This document shows positions 26,045 to 39,102 of a stretch of 64,000 bases of DNA, piece by piece. The stretch lies in NCBI RefSeq assembly GCF_006345805.1, contig NC_043000.1, positions 59,706,001 to 59,770,000 of the forward strand. Reading direction: 5' to 3'. A program made the position numbers and the translations under genes. Within the stretch, counting starts at the first letter, position 1, and the number at the start of each line of letters is the position of its first letter. The DNA comes from Octopus sinensis (Eukaryota). The notes below the pieces were generated by a model. It was not told the origin of the DNA. It made no database searches and saw only the letters and a program-made list of their open reading frames with translations.

Positions 26045-28265
26045 ATATTTTTTTAAACTTTGGCACAAGTCTACCAATTTTGAGGAGAGAGGGAAAGCCG
26101 ATTACATCAAACCCAGCACTTAATTTTATCAACCCCAAAAGGCTGAAAGGTAAAATTGACCTCAGTAGTATTTGAATTCAAAATATAAAGACCCAAAAGA
26201 AATGTTGCTAAGCATTTTGTCCAATGCTGTAGTGATTCTATAGGCCTTCCATATTATTAATACAAATAATCCTTTCTACTAAAGGTACACAGGCTGAAAT
26301 TTTGGGGAATGGGGTTAGACAATTACATTGATCCCAGTACTCAGCTGATACTTATTTTATTGAACTCAAAAAATAGAAGCAAAGTTGACCTCAGCAGAAT
26401 TTGAACTCAGAACAAAAATCCAAAAGAAATGCCATGAAGCATTTAGTCCAGTAACAATTTTGTCAGCTTGCTGCCTTTAATAATAATGATGACTAGCAGG
26501 ACCCATGAATATTTCACAAAATTAATAGTAAACCCATTGGGTTATTCCTGAAAACTTTATCCAAAATACCTGAAAGTGTAGCCTGTGTTGTGTCTGTATC
26601 AAAAGACAGTTGCTCATCTGCTATTCATTGAAAAGTGAAGGTAATTTGACTACAATGATTACTTAATGCACTTTATAAATACACTTCATATACTTTATGC
26701 ACAATTTTATAGACTTAATGCACAGCACTCAAAATAAATATTCACTCTTATTTTTCTGCTTTTCTCATAAACAGAAAAAAATTACATTTTAAAATTTACA
26801 TGGTCACAATTTAATACCTAGAAAACAAAACTTTTACAGTAAAAAACATTATTTCATATGTAAAATGTAGGGGTCACAACTTCATGGGGGTAAAAATTTA
26901 ATGCAACATGACATACTCTGAAAACCACACCATTGGTAACTTATAAACCAAGGTGATGGGTCAGAGCCAATACACATTTCAATTTGTGTACACCTTTCAA
27001 TCTGATACTTCTTTGCAGACTATGTTCTTCATGTAAGTTCTTCCTCTTCTTTTCCCTTTTTTGTCAGTGTTGATAACCCTCACATCAAATAATTTGCAAG
27101 AACCTGAAAATGCAACATATAGCTGACAATGGCCGAATACAGGCTCAGACAAGAATAGCTCCACTTTATCAAATGCCTGCCCTTGTGATTTATTATTTAT
27201 TATAGGTGAATGGGAAACTGATTTCTTTCTAAAGTCAATGGCAAGTTTGGGATGCGCATACATAAAGTGATAAGTGATATAAAACAATTAGTTCAATTGA
27301 AAAACAAATTACTTTTCACTATGCACTCACCATCACCATGAGTGCCACCACCATCACCATCTCTCTCTCTCTGCCTACCTTTCTTTAATCTCACCATCAG
27401 AACATCACCCCTCTGCTAAAATAATATTTCTAACTCTCCTCAATATCACTATCTTCAACTAACTTTTTTAATCACGTAATAAATGTTATGTTCCCTTACC
27501 ACATGTCATGGATGCTTCTCTTTCCATCTTTTCTCTTTCTCTCCCTTTCTGCCTCACTCTTCGCCTTATCCTCTTTTTCTCTAATCATATGAAAGTGTTA
27601 CTGTTGGGCTAAGTAACATAATGACAAACAGAATTATCATAAGACAGTAATAATAATAATTCTTTCTATTACAGGCATGAGACCTGAAATTTTTAGGGCA
27701 AGAGTAGTCAATTACATCAACCCCAGTGCTCAGCTAGTACTCATTTTATTGACCCAAAATTGAAGAAAAAAAACTGAACTTGGTGAAATTTGAACTCAGA
27801 ATGTAAAAGTGGATGAAATGCTGCTAAGCATTTTGCCTGGCATGCTAATGGTTCTGCCAGCTTGCTGACATAATAATAATAATTATGATGATGATGATAG
27901 TTTCAAATTTTGGCACAAGATCAGCAGTTTTGGGGGAAGCAGTAAGTTGACTACATTGATACCAGTACTCATTGGTACTTATTTTATTGATCCAAAAATG
28001 ATGAAAGGGAAAGATGATCTGAGCAGCATTTGAACTCAGAACATAAAGCCAGAAGAAATGCCACTAAGCACTTTGTCTGGTGTGGTAATGAATAATAATA
28101 ATAATAAGTTTCAAATTTTGGCACAAGGTCAGGATTTGTGGGGGAAGGAGTAAGTGAATCACAATGACCTCAAAGGCAAAGTTGACCTAGGCAGAATTTG
28201 AACTCAGAACATAATGATAGATGAAATGTTATGAAGACTTTTGCCCAGTGTGCTAACAATTCCAC
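26045..28265 (-). repeat. Head-to-tail array of five Meta/MESC SINE copies separated by (AAT)n and split by a Helitron fragment
   Basis: Copies at about 26050-26250, 26270-26478, 27660-27870, 27900-28090 and 28107-28265, each with aatttgaactcagaa and gctaagcattttg variants. Confidence 0.8.
26493..27644 (-). mobile_element. Helitron non-autonomous fragment with PIF1-like helicase C-terminus
   Basis: ORF 26997..27287 NKSQGQAFDKVELFLSEPVFGHCQLYVAFS (helicase motifs V/VI); minus-strand 3' end gtgaaatattcatgggtcctgCTAG-T at 26493; 5' boundary approximate. Confidence 0.8.
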
Positions 28266-29399
28266 GAAGTTCAGTTTTGCCCAGTTACCCCACAGATTTG
28301 CATAAGAATCCCATTCTAACCACTTGTATTCATGATCATATTCTTTCAGATATTACCAAACATTCATGACAATAGGCCTTAATTCAAGAATGATTTAGCT
28401 ATTGTTTCTAACTGATAGAGTAACCAAGTAGAGGTTCCCTATTTAGTTTCAGATAATATTTCAATGACAAATAAGACAGGAATTACTGTGAGAAATAACA
28501 GCAAAAAGTTTGAGTGAAACTGTTTTCTATAAAGAGCAGTAACAAAATATTGTCTGACCCTAAACTTAATGTAATAAAATATGTAAGCACTGTAATTAGT
28601 GTAACTTATACCCAAGACTAATTAGTGAGCAGTGGGATACAGTCTGTACTATAAAACTCATACTCAGAATACTTCTCTAATGGGAAGGAAATATAAAAAA
28701 AAAGATTAAAAGTAAAATTTTGAAGTTATTTTGTGTTTTTGATAAGCTACATTCTGACATAAAAAAAGAAAAGGGAAATTAGAAAGGATTTCCTTTTGGT
28801 ATATATGAACTGAAACAGAAAAAAATTAGCTCTTTATTTTAGAATGATATTTATATCTGAAGTATGAATGGTTTATTCTTACAGTATGAACTATATTTAT
28901 ACGTTTGACAAGAAACAAACAACATACTCTTAATATGTTTTATAGAAATGGTTTAAAGAAGCTAGTATGTTAATCAAATACAATTCTATGAGAGAAAACT
29001 GATCAGGTTAGCATGCAAAAAACTCTATTGATCTAAAGTAAAATTATACTTTCTATATACATCATAGATGGAAGATTGCTGATTGAATTCAGATTTGCTA
29101 CTGGGATTGTATGTATGTGTGTGTATCTGCATGCATGCAAGTACATGTATGTATATGCATGCATGTGTGTGCAGGTGCACGTGCACATATTTCTAGTTGC
29201 CTTAGTTTACTAAGCTATTGAGAATATGTTACCATATTAATGTGGCTCAGCCTCTAACTTGAGTCTACCAGTTAGTTTAGCAAGCTAGAATGAGCAATCT
29301 ATTCTACATTAACCCCTTTGATACTAAAACCTCTTGAGGCTGTGTCTTACCCGTTTGAGACTAAAACTTCTTGAGGCTGTCTCTTGTTTGATGATAACT

Positions 29400-29720
29400 G
29401 CTTTTGAGATGAAGGCATATTAGGAGACTTTTGAGAATATCAAGGACAGAACACAAAACAATAAAGTACTCAGAATGTCAAGAGCTAAGAAATTTTTATT
29501 AGAAACCATCAAAGAGAGAAAACTAAAATATTTTAGACTATGAGAAAAAAATAGTTTACAGAGACTGTTTAAAAGAAGACAAAATGATTGGGGAAAAGGA
29601 AGAAGAAAGCCAATAATTATATAGGTGGAACAGTGAATGTATAAGGAGAGTACAGGAAAGACTGCCGATGATCTATGACATTTAATCTGCTGAGAATGAA
29701 TGATATTTAATGATGATAAG
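29400..29720 (+). mobile_element. RTE (BovB-type) LINE 3' ORF remnant
   Basis: Degenerate FEMKAY.RRLLRIS.TEHKT...ETIKERKLKYF. Confidence 0.6.
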
Positions 29721-30044
29721 AGAACCCTAAAAAATGATCAGGGAAAGTAGAAAATGATAGGTTGAAATGAGGGACTCAAAGTAACATATAATCTATATAG
29801 GAGGTGTGTGCTTAAAATGACTAAGATGAGTGGTTATTAACACAATTTCAATTTTTCAGACTATCAATCTACATTATGCTTCCATCAGCTTGATCTCTGA
29901 TCATCATCCAATGTCTTACTCCTGGATCTGTACATTGCACTAGTCTTGATTTGTATCAGTACTATATACATAATGAGCAGCAAGAGAAATGATGGTGATC
30001 AGAGATTTGAACATAGAGTTTAATATCTATATTAATATTTATGC

Positions 30045-30222
30045 TGGGCAAAATACTTAACAGCATTTCATCCATTTTCACATTGTGAGTTCAAATTCTG
30101 CCAAGATCGACTTCATCTTTCATCCTTTGGGGTCAAAGTTACCAGCTGAATGCAAGGTTGTTATATTAAATTTAGCTGCTTCCCCAAAATTGCTGGCCTT
30201 GTGGCAAAATTTGAAACCAAAA
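30045..30222 (+). mobile_element. Meta/MESC SINE, degenerate
   Basis: gagttcaaattctgccaagatcgacttcatctttcatcctttggggtc. Confidence 0.75.
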
Positions 30223-31327
30223 GTTATATTAATATTAAAGAAAAATATTTTATCTTTTAAGATGAGGTTAATACTAAAAAAAGTTTAAATTGTGCATGAT
30301 GACAGCAGATGGCCAATCCAGTGCGACTCAAATCCTCTCTGTAACATTGTGTCTTTAGCCTACACTTGACATTTTTAATTGTCACCGTCCATTTGACTAG
30401 GAAAAAATACTGCTGTAGCAGATGATGTGCAGTAAATTTGATGGGTATTTTGTTAGTCTGTTCATAGCAAAGTTCAAGAGTCCTGCAAATATAGGTTGCA
30501 GAGTGAAGAGCTCTGTTAAGCTGATTTGTTCTTGATACACTATATATGAAGAGGAAGGTTTCAATGACGCTCCAATAATTCAATGGATTATAGAAGAATC
30601 CACAGACAATCACAGTTTACACTAATGGAAAATAAGCACTGATTTCATTTTGTGATAAAATTGCTGATAACAGAAACAGTATTCAGTCAGAAAACTCTTT
30701 CTCCAAAGCTCAAACTCAGTTTGTGCTCTTAGAAATGATAGATAATGAACACACACATGAATTGAGGGAAGGAAGCTTGTGAAAGATATATTTTTTCATT
30801 CGTAGTTGGTTTTGAATAAAAAAAAATTCACAATGAGACAATATATTGATTGTTACCTAAAGGTAATAAATGAAAGAAAGATTGGCAATAAAGAGGTTTA
30901 AGAAATTCCATTTTCTTCTTGAAAGACATGAACATAAAACATTTGAATAAAAATCACTATATAAAGAAAACTCTGTGTCCACCCTCTCTTATCAGAAGTA
31001 AGTAACATTAAATGTTGCTATTTCTGTTCACAAAAAAACAATTTAAAAAACAAAAGCTTTAAATAAAATACTATCTGATGTCATTTACTTTTTCTTTCTT
31101 ACATGGAATTAGAGAATTTAAAGAGAGAAGTTATACAAGGTAGAATAGTTATGAGGCATTTTATATGAAGATCTTAGCTCTTCAAAACTCATAAATTTGG
31201 AACTTTTCTTCTTCTTTCTCTCTTTGTAAACAATACAAAGAGAAAACTAAAATAAGGGAGAAATGTGACTAACCAACTGTATGCAATCCAAAGTATCGCT
31301 TTTTATTATCTACTACTTGAAGATATA

Positions 31328-31640
31328 TAGATATGTACATATATACATATATACATACATACATACACACATACACACACACACATACATACATACATAC
31401 ACACACATACATATATATACATACACACACACACATATACATACATATATACATACACACACACACATACATACATATACACATACACACACACATACAT
31501 ACATATACACATACACACAGATACATATATGCATACACACACACACACACACATACATACATATACACATACACACACACATACATACATATACACATAC
31601 ACACAGATACATATATGCATACACACACACATACATATAG

Positions 31641-31701
<61 letters not shown>

Positions 31702-31702
31702 T
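31328..31702. repeat. Compound (AC)n/(ATAC)n/(AT)n microsatellite
   Basis: Directly visible; source of six overlapping spurious ORFs. Confidence 0.97.
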
Positions 31703-32149
31703 TCTAAAACTTAGGCCAATAACTACTGGTATATTTTATTATGAGAGGAATTGGTACCAGTTTTTAAAATTACAGCTAAGTTGCTCATATAAAGAAATTC
31801 AATACCAGCACTCTGGATAATCCTTTGTGTTGCCCCCTCTCTCTTTCACTCCCTCTGATTTTTTACCTGTTCAGTTGCTAACAGGCCAAATGATAAAAAT
31901 ACATGGCTCTCACAGAGATTCTGATTTTGGTAGGTTTTGAACAAAGAATTGTGAAAGACAGAACAATGTCTGTCCCAGGGTAGAAGAAGGGAGGGGCTCA
32001 GTACATGTGCAGATTAAGCAAAATAGATAATAATAATGCCTAAAATAATAATATGATATTACAGAACATTTAAAAATGAAATACTTCAAATTAAATTAAT
32101 CTTTTATTGCTTATTGTAAAATAGTAATTAACTAATAATTTCCTCTTTT

Positions 32150-32195
<46 letters not shown>

Positions 32196-32741
32196 TGTGT
32201 GTGTGTGTTTTGTTACTACTCCTTCAAATAACCATTAGTTCTTTTCCTGTGAAAGAAATTATGGTAGAAAAAGGGCAAAATTGGAAAAATAAATCTTGTG
32301 TCCTTGTTCCTGTATGTCTATAGCACTTTAGTTCATCAATATATAAGTATTTTAGTCTGAGTTTATTCAACCAAATGATGGTGAATAGGGTGGTGCCTAA
32401 TTAAAAACCACTGACACTAGTAGACTATATTGATAAATGGCTATATCATACCAGCAACAGATGTTAAATGATTTGATTCACTACTGCTTCTTTCCCATTC
32501 TAAAGTAATGCAATAATAACTATCATTAGAGGTAAAATGTTAACCTGACAAATTGTAGAATTCAGGTTTCCCTGAATTTTACATTTAATTCTACATTGGT
32601 AAATGAGAATTTTCCATTGTAGAATTAAATGGTAAATTCTCATTTACAATTGAATACTTCCCTAAACTACCAATTAACAAGAGAGACTCTATGAAGTTAT
32701 TCAAACTGTTAGAAATGGCAGCCTACAAATCACACACTGTT

Positions 32742-33130
32742 AATAATAATAATGATAATAATAATAATGAAATTATTGTATACAGTGCTCAGGTGCACCA
32801 CAACTTGTCAAAAGGGCGTGTAAAAAATATGCAGCAATGTAGAAATGTCTGGGAAGTGAACAGTGTATGAGTCAGATACATGCTTGTGTGTGTATGGAGG
32901 GGAGAAAATCAGCTGTAGTGTTGGCGAATCTCAGGAAGCATGGAAGTTTTGAAGGATGCAGTGCCCCGACAACTAACAACTGATGCCAGAAGTTTGTTCC
33001 ATGCTTCAGCAACTCTTAGCATGAAAAAGTGTTTCCGAAAGTCATGAGAGCTGTGCTGTTTTCTGACTTTGTAAACATGTCCACAGGTGTTAGACAGGTG
33101 GAGTTTGAAAAGGTGCTCAGAGTTATTGTT
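32742..33130 (-). mobile_element. CR1-clade LINE 3' end with (ATT)n tail
   Basis: Minus frame NTCGHVYKVRKQHSSHDFRKHFFMLRVAEAWNKLLASVVSCRGTASFK; same family at 59185-59403. Confidence 0.85.
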
Positions 33131-34720
33131 TTAGAAGAGTAGGACACATCTGATGACAATACCCCCAATGAAAATGAAATGGTCACAGCTGAAACATCTT
33201 TAATCATAAACTTGTTTGACTACAACTGATGTGGCTCTTGACAACAATAACAACAGTCCTGTTTAACTTAGATTTATCACTTATTGGACTTTGCAAATAA
33301 TTATGCTGGAGAAAGAATTAGCTGCATAAAGCAAAATAAAAGTCACTATAACATTACTCTTGGGATTGTACTGATAAAACAGAATTAAGTGTTAACTAGG
33401 TAAAATACTAACCACTTTGGCAGATTATGATCTAAGTAATACTAAGGTTTCTCTTGTTAACTACTTTATAAAGTTTGACAGAGGGAAAGGGATCTTACAT
33501 TAAATTTAATGAAAGGAAGAATTTTGGAAATTATTTTATAGAACTCTGGGAACATAAACTGATACAGACATGACAAAACTTACACCATAACATTTTCAGA
33601 ATGTGAAATTGTTATTAGCAAGTATCCATTTAGGTGATTTCACCAATGTAACTGTAACTGGAATAATAATGAAAAAGTAAAAGGTTTTCAACATAATTTT
33701 ATGAAATTAAATTAGTAGTGTGTTTCAAACAATTGAATTTTCTCATTATTTTGGCAGAATGTTGTTATGTCAAAGTAATTGGAAAATTAAGATGAAATAG
33801 CCTATGAGAAACAAAAATCATATTAAACAGTATAATTGTAAAAATCTGCACAACATATATAATAGCAAACAGAATGCCCTCACTCAAAATAGCACTAATT
33901 TCTAGAGTTTAAAAACAAACTAATCAACATTTGTGTTTTCATTAAAAAGCTACATTCATTGCAAATTAGGTTATATTACAGAATAATTCATTTCAAACAA
34001 ATCCTGACAATATACGAATTCACTTAGTCTCTCTTATATATTATACACACATATATACTCCCACAATTACTAACTACACCAAATCTAGGAAAGTAATATT
34101 AATTAAAAATAAATATAATCCCTCAACTAAAACATTGAAATTATAATAATAATATAATCCTTTTCATGTAAGATTTGAATTATAAATTGTTAGTTATTTT
34201 TAACAGCATTACCTCAAACATCAGTAAAATATTAACCGTATAAAATTGCCTTTCTTTTAAAGATAACAATAATAACAAAATAATGCATAGTGAAATCAAG
34301 TTATGACAATTTGCTCCCACAAAGAAAGATGTGTATAAATGAAGAATCCAGCACTTATTCATGAACACATCATGTTTTAAGTGTGCTTAACGTATATACT
34401 TAAAAAAAAATATACTTCAAAATATAATTTTCACTATCTTAAATTTAAATTTGGAAGAGATGAAATGAATTTTAAGAAGGAAGTAGCAAAACAATTCAAA
34501 ATACATGATACTGTAAAAAATATCGAATAAAAGTAAAATCCCTAAAAAATTTAAAACTACATAAAATAGGCATTCCTGTGTGATTAACAATTTGGATTAG
34601 CAATCATGTGGTTCCAGGTTCAGTCCCAAAGCACTGCACCATGGACAAATATCTTCTACTCCAGCCCTTGGCCAACCAATGCCATGTAAATAAATTTGGT
34701 AAACAGAAGTATTGTGGGAG

Positions 34721-34951
34721 AAAGGTGCCAAGCTGGCAGAAATGTTAGCACGCTGGGTGAAATGCCTAGTGGTACTTCGTCTGCTGTTACGGTCTGAGTT
34801 CAAATTCCACCAAGGTCGACTTTGCCTTTCATCCTTTCGGGGTCGATAAATTAAGTACCAGTCACGCACTGGGGTTGATATGATTGACTTAATCCATTTG
34901 TCTGCCCTTGTTTGTCCCCTCAGTGTGTAGTCCCTTGTGGGCAGTATAGAA
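34721..34951 (+). mobile_element. Meta/MESC SINE with perfect 16-bp TSD, nested in a degenerate CORE SINE
   Basis: agaagtattgtgggag at 34705-34720 and 34952-34967. Confidence 0.9.
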
Positions 34952-35154
34952 AGAAGTATTGTGGGAGCTCATTGTGTGTGTGTATATGTGTGTGTGCACG
35001 TGTGTGTAGAGAGAGAAGGGGGGGGAAGGTGTGTGTGATTTGATTGAGAGTTAGTGCAATTTATAGCCGGTTGATTTACCATGTAGAGATTCCCTTGTTG
35101 GTTCATGTAGATTTGATGTTAATAGTAGGTGCAGGGAGGCAAGAAGTGATCAAA

Positions 35155-35680
35155 TCATCGTCAGCATCATTTAGCATCTATTTTCCATGCTGGCATGGTT
35201 TAGACAGTTTGACTAGAGCTGGGAAACCAGAGCACTGCACCAGGCTCCAGTCATCTGTTTTGGCTTGGTTTCTATTGCTGGATATCCTTCCTAATGCCAA
35301 CAACTTTACAGAGTGTACTAGGTGTCTTTTTATGTGTCACCAGCACTGGCACCTTCTATGTGTCACCAGCAGAGGTGCCTTTTACATGTCATCACCACTG
35401 GCTATGACCATGATTCACTTAGCTTGATGTGTCTACTGAAGCACAGCAGTTCACCAGAAGTCTTGGTCACTTGTCATTACCTTCACAAGGCTCAACAACT
35501 GAAGATCATATTTCACCACCTTGTCCCATGTCTTCCTGAGTATACCCTTTCAACAGGTTCCCTCTACAATTAGAGATCGGCACTTCATTATGCAGCTGTC
35601 CTCATCCATATGCATCACATAAACATACCAACACAATCTTCTGTCATACACACTACATCTAATTCCTCTTACACCTAGTT

Positions 35681-35690
<10 letters not shown>
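35155..35690 (-). mobile_element. RTE-related element 3' fragment
   Basis: catcatttagcatctattttccatgctggcatgg...gctggatatccttcctaatgccaac, followed by RTE ORF-end-like sequence. Confidence 0.75.
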
Positions 35691-35727
<37 letters not shown>

Positions 35728-35917
35728 ATATATATATATCAGATATTCACCAACAAATGATTTGAGAAAGTCTGATTATACTCACAGCAGATCATCTAAA
35801 GATATCTAATGGTAAACATTATATCAAATAGTGAAGCAACATTGAATTAGTGCATTTAAAAAAGCTTGCCTACATGCTTTCACAATGATTTTTTTATTTG
35901 AATTAATTATTCAATAA

Positions 35918-36291
35918 CAGGCATGACAGTGTGGTAAGAAGTCTGCTTCCCAACCACATGGTTCTGGGTTCAGTCCCACTGTGTGACACTTTGGGCATGT
36001 GTTTTTACTCTAGCCTCAGGCTGACCAAAGCCTTGTGAGTGGTTTGGTAGATGGAAACTGAAAGAAGCCTATTGTGTGTGTGTGTTTGTTTGTCCCCCAC
36101 TACTGCTTGACAACCAGTAATGGTGTGTGTATGGTCTCCTAACTTAGCAGTTCAGTAAAGAGAGACTGATAGAATAAGTACCAGGCTTTTAAAAAATTAT
36201 AGATATTGGGATCAATTCATTTGACTAAAAAATTCTTCAAGGTGGTGCCCCAGTATGGTCATAGCTTAATGACTGAAACAAGTAAAAGATA
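35918..36291 (+). mobile_element. CORE-type tRNA SINE, near full length
   Basis: Same head, core and tail as the copy at 42228. Confidence 0.88.
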
Positions 36292-36954
36292 GTTTGTAAA
36301 TTAAGTAAAACATAGTTTGTAAATTAATTTTGTTATATTGTTGTTTATATTTTAGAAGAAAAAAAATAGCATTGATTGTTGAAAAATTTACAATATAAGA
36401 ATCCAAGACAGAATTTAAAGCTTTTAGCACTCATCTATATTTGAAGTGAAGTAGATGGGGGGGAGGGGGGAGACAGAAATCCTCTGATTCAAAGAACAAT
36501 ATATATTTCATATTCTAGAAACAGTTCTCTATATTATACATTAAAGAAAAAAAAAATCACTAAGAAAAATGTCCAATTCCCAAATAAGATTTTGTCTTCT
36601 TGTTTCTTTGCATAAGCATAGATCAGAGTTACAATTTATAATATTGTAAATCAGATCTAGTTTGGAATTTATAAATGGTTGCAGACTTTGTTCAATATAT
36701 TGTTTTAGGAGGCTCACCCCTTGTCACATAATCTCATTATTCAAAATGTTGTGCTTGTAAGAAATTAATCTATAAGGCCTGCCAAAAAAATTCTGAATAT
36801 ATGCAAACAACAAAAGGACTTACAGAAAGAATAGCAAGAAAAAGTAGTTTGTAAAAACAAAAAAAAAATGTACATTTAAAAAAAAGAACAAATATTATTG
36901 AGGACATCAAGCATTTTAAATTAATTAATTATTATCATAATTATTAAGAAAAAA

Positions 36955-37890
36955 ATTTCGATTGCAATGTTAAAGAATTTGAAGTGTGTTGGCAGCTTAA
37001 GTCAGTAAAAGTTATTTCCCTTACGAGTAGCAACAAAGTGTTTGTGACATTTTATCAACAGCACATTTAGTAAAATCTTAAACAAAATTGTGACAATTCG
37101 TAGCGAAATGACAAAAGCATGATGAATTAAAAGGAAGCTGATGAAAAATAATCGATATTCTTTTGTATTCCAAAAGACAGATTGTCTGCAAAGTCGGAAA
37201 TTCTTCGTCATCCATTTCCACTAGTGAAGAGCTTCAGTAAATTAAGTCATATATTGTAAAACAAGAATAAAAGATTATAAGCTGGACACCTTTACATCGT
37301 TTTTCTATTTAAAAAATCAATAACAGATGTATTATATAAAATTTCGTTCCGATATTTAATTAAGAGCATAGTAAATCAGAATAAAAGTCCTAAAAGACAA
37401 AGAACACGTCTAATACGAGTTACTTCCCTTCCATTAACCACGGCAAAGCTAGTGAAAACAGCAACGCAAATTATAAATGGCAGGGAAGAAAATCTGTTAT
37501 AAATAAAGACAAGAGCCAACTTCCTCTGCAAAACTTCCTTATTAAAATATAGAAAAAGGGTAACTGATAAAATTTAACATCTTACAAAACGCATATTCTA
37601 TTGACTTGCCATCAATGTTTATTCATTTATTCTATATGGAAGCGCGATATAAATCTCAGTGGAAGGTAGATAACTAATATATAAAATGACTATTAGCTTA
37701 AAATAAAGTTGTATTGAGGGTTAACTTTTTCCCTACTCCTTCTAGTATATTACTGATGTGTATCTCTAGGAAGATTTTAGTTTTCCTCGTAACTAATTAT
37801 TATACTAAGATTAATTAAATTCTGTATAATGCTCTCTTAGGAAAATTGGTAAAAATTCCATACAAAAAAGGCATTAGGGCTCTCGAAGAT
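36955..37890 (-). promoter_or_regulatory. CpG-retaining unique island; candidate promoter and first exon (donor at 37025)
   Basis: About 19 CpGs counted by eye in non-repeat DNA; several ACTTCC/GGAA ETS-type cores, ATCGATA DRE-like motif; minus donor ctc/gtaagg. Confidence 0.5.
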
Positions 37891-39054
37891 GAAGTAACAT
37901 TATATGTAGTTTTATCTCTATAGATTCTGAGTTCAATTTTCACTGGTATCAACATAAAATTGTTATCATTGCAATGCCCCAGAGGCTCAATAAAAAATGT
38001 AATGATTGCTGCTCTACTGCCTGTGACTCACATAACCCTTCAATAACAGCAAAAAAAAAAAAAAACATGAAAAGTACCTGCAATAAATATAGAGCAATCA
38101 ATTTCCTTGAGGGAAGGGAGAGTAGAGAAGAAAAATAAAGGGAAATATGGCCTTGAGCCTGAGTAAGAAAGCCATGTTATTTGCCCCATAAAGATGACAG
38201 ACCTTAATCAATCTTGACATGATTACTTGGTTGTACGATTTAAATAGCAAACTACTGTCAAATAGACTGTTTTACAAATAATGATATCAGTCTAATTTAG
38301 TAATTCTAAAATAGCTTTTGCAATCAGAATGCTTGTCAGTACTCCCTTCTTTTAACTACCAACTATTTGTTTTACAGACAAATTAGTAAGTTTATATGAT
38401 GAGCTTTCACTTTGTGAAACTATTATTTCCTCTATGTTGTTTCTCTCTCTCACCTGTGTGAGTTCCCCCCCTCCACACACACACACACACATTGAATAAA
38501 CCAAACATAAATAATAAACATAGCTATCAGCTGTGGATAATGTAGTCTTAGATATGGCATGCCTGAAAGAAGGATGGTTGGTAATGGCCAGAATATATTT
38601 GATCATAAACGTTGCTCAGTGGGACTGACCTGGGTCTTAACAACAGTGCATCAAAATAACTGATTTTAGTGACCAACAAGAATATGACAAAATACAAACA
38701 TAATATATGCACATAGGAATGCACACAAATGCATACATATATGTTATGAATGTTCCTTCATGCATTCTATATGTCATTTAAAAAGCATATTTATATCTAA
38801 TCATAGCTCATGTATCAAGGAAAATAGTGCTGCATTATATCATAGTGTCATAACAGAGAGGAAATATAAGAATGCGTTTCTCACTTCCTTCTGCATGTAA
38901 GCATGAGCACTATGAGAAATGATAACTGTAGTTTAGAAGTGCAATAGCTACAACTTGATTACATATCACCTCTTATATATATATGTATATATATTTGAAG
39001 TATATGTTCATGCACAAAGAGCAGAGAAGAAAAATGTGTGTGTGTACAAATAGG

Positions 39055-39102
<48 letters not shown>

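Noticed and set aside
26045-28265. CRISPR-like regularly spaced repeats
   Set aside because: Units are ~200-bp diverged SINEs in eukaryotic DNA; no repeat-spacer structure or cas genes
31269-31714. Six overlapping ORFs rich in CV/YM/HT
   Set aside because: All are readings of the AC/AT compound microsatellite
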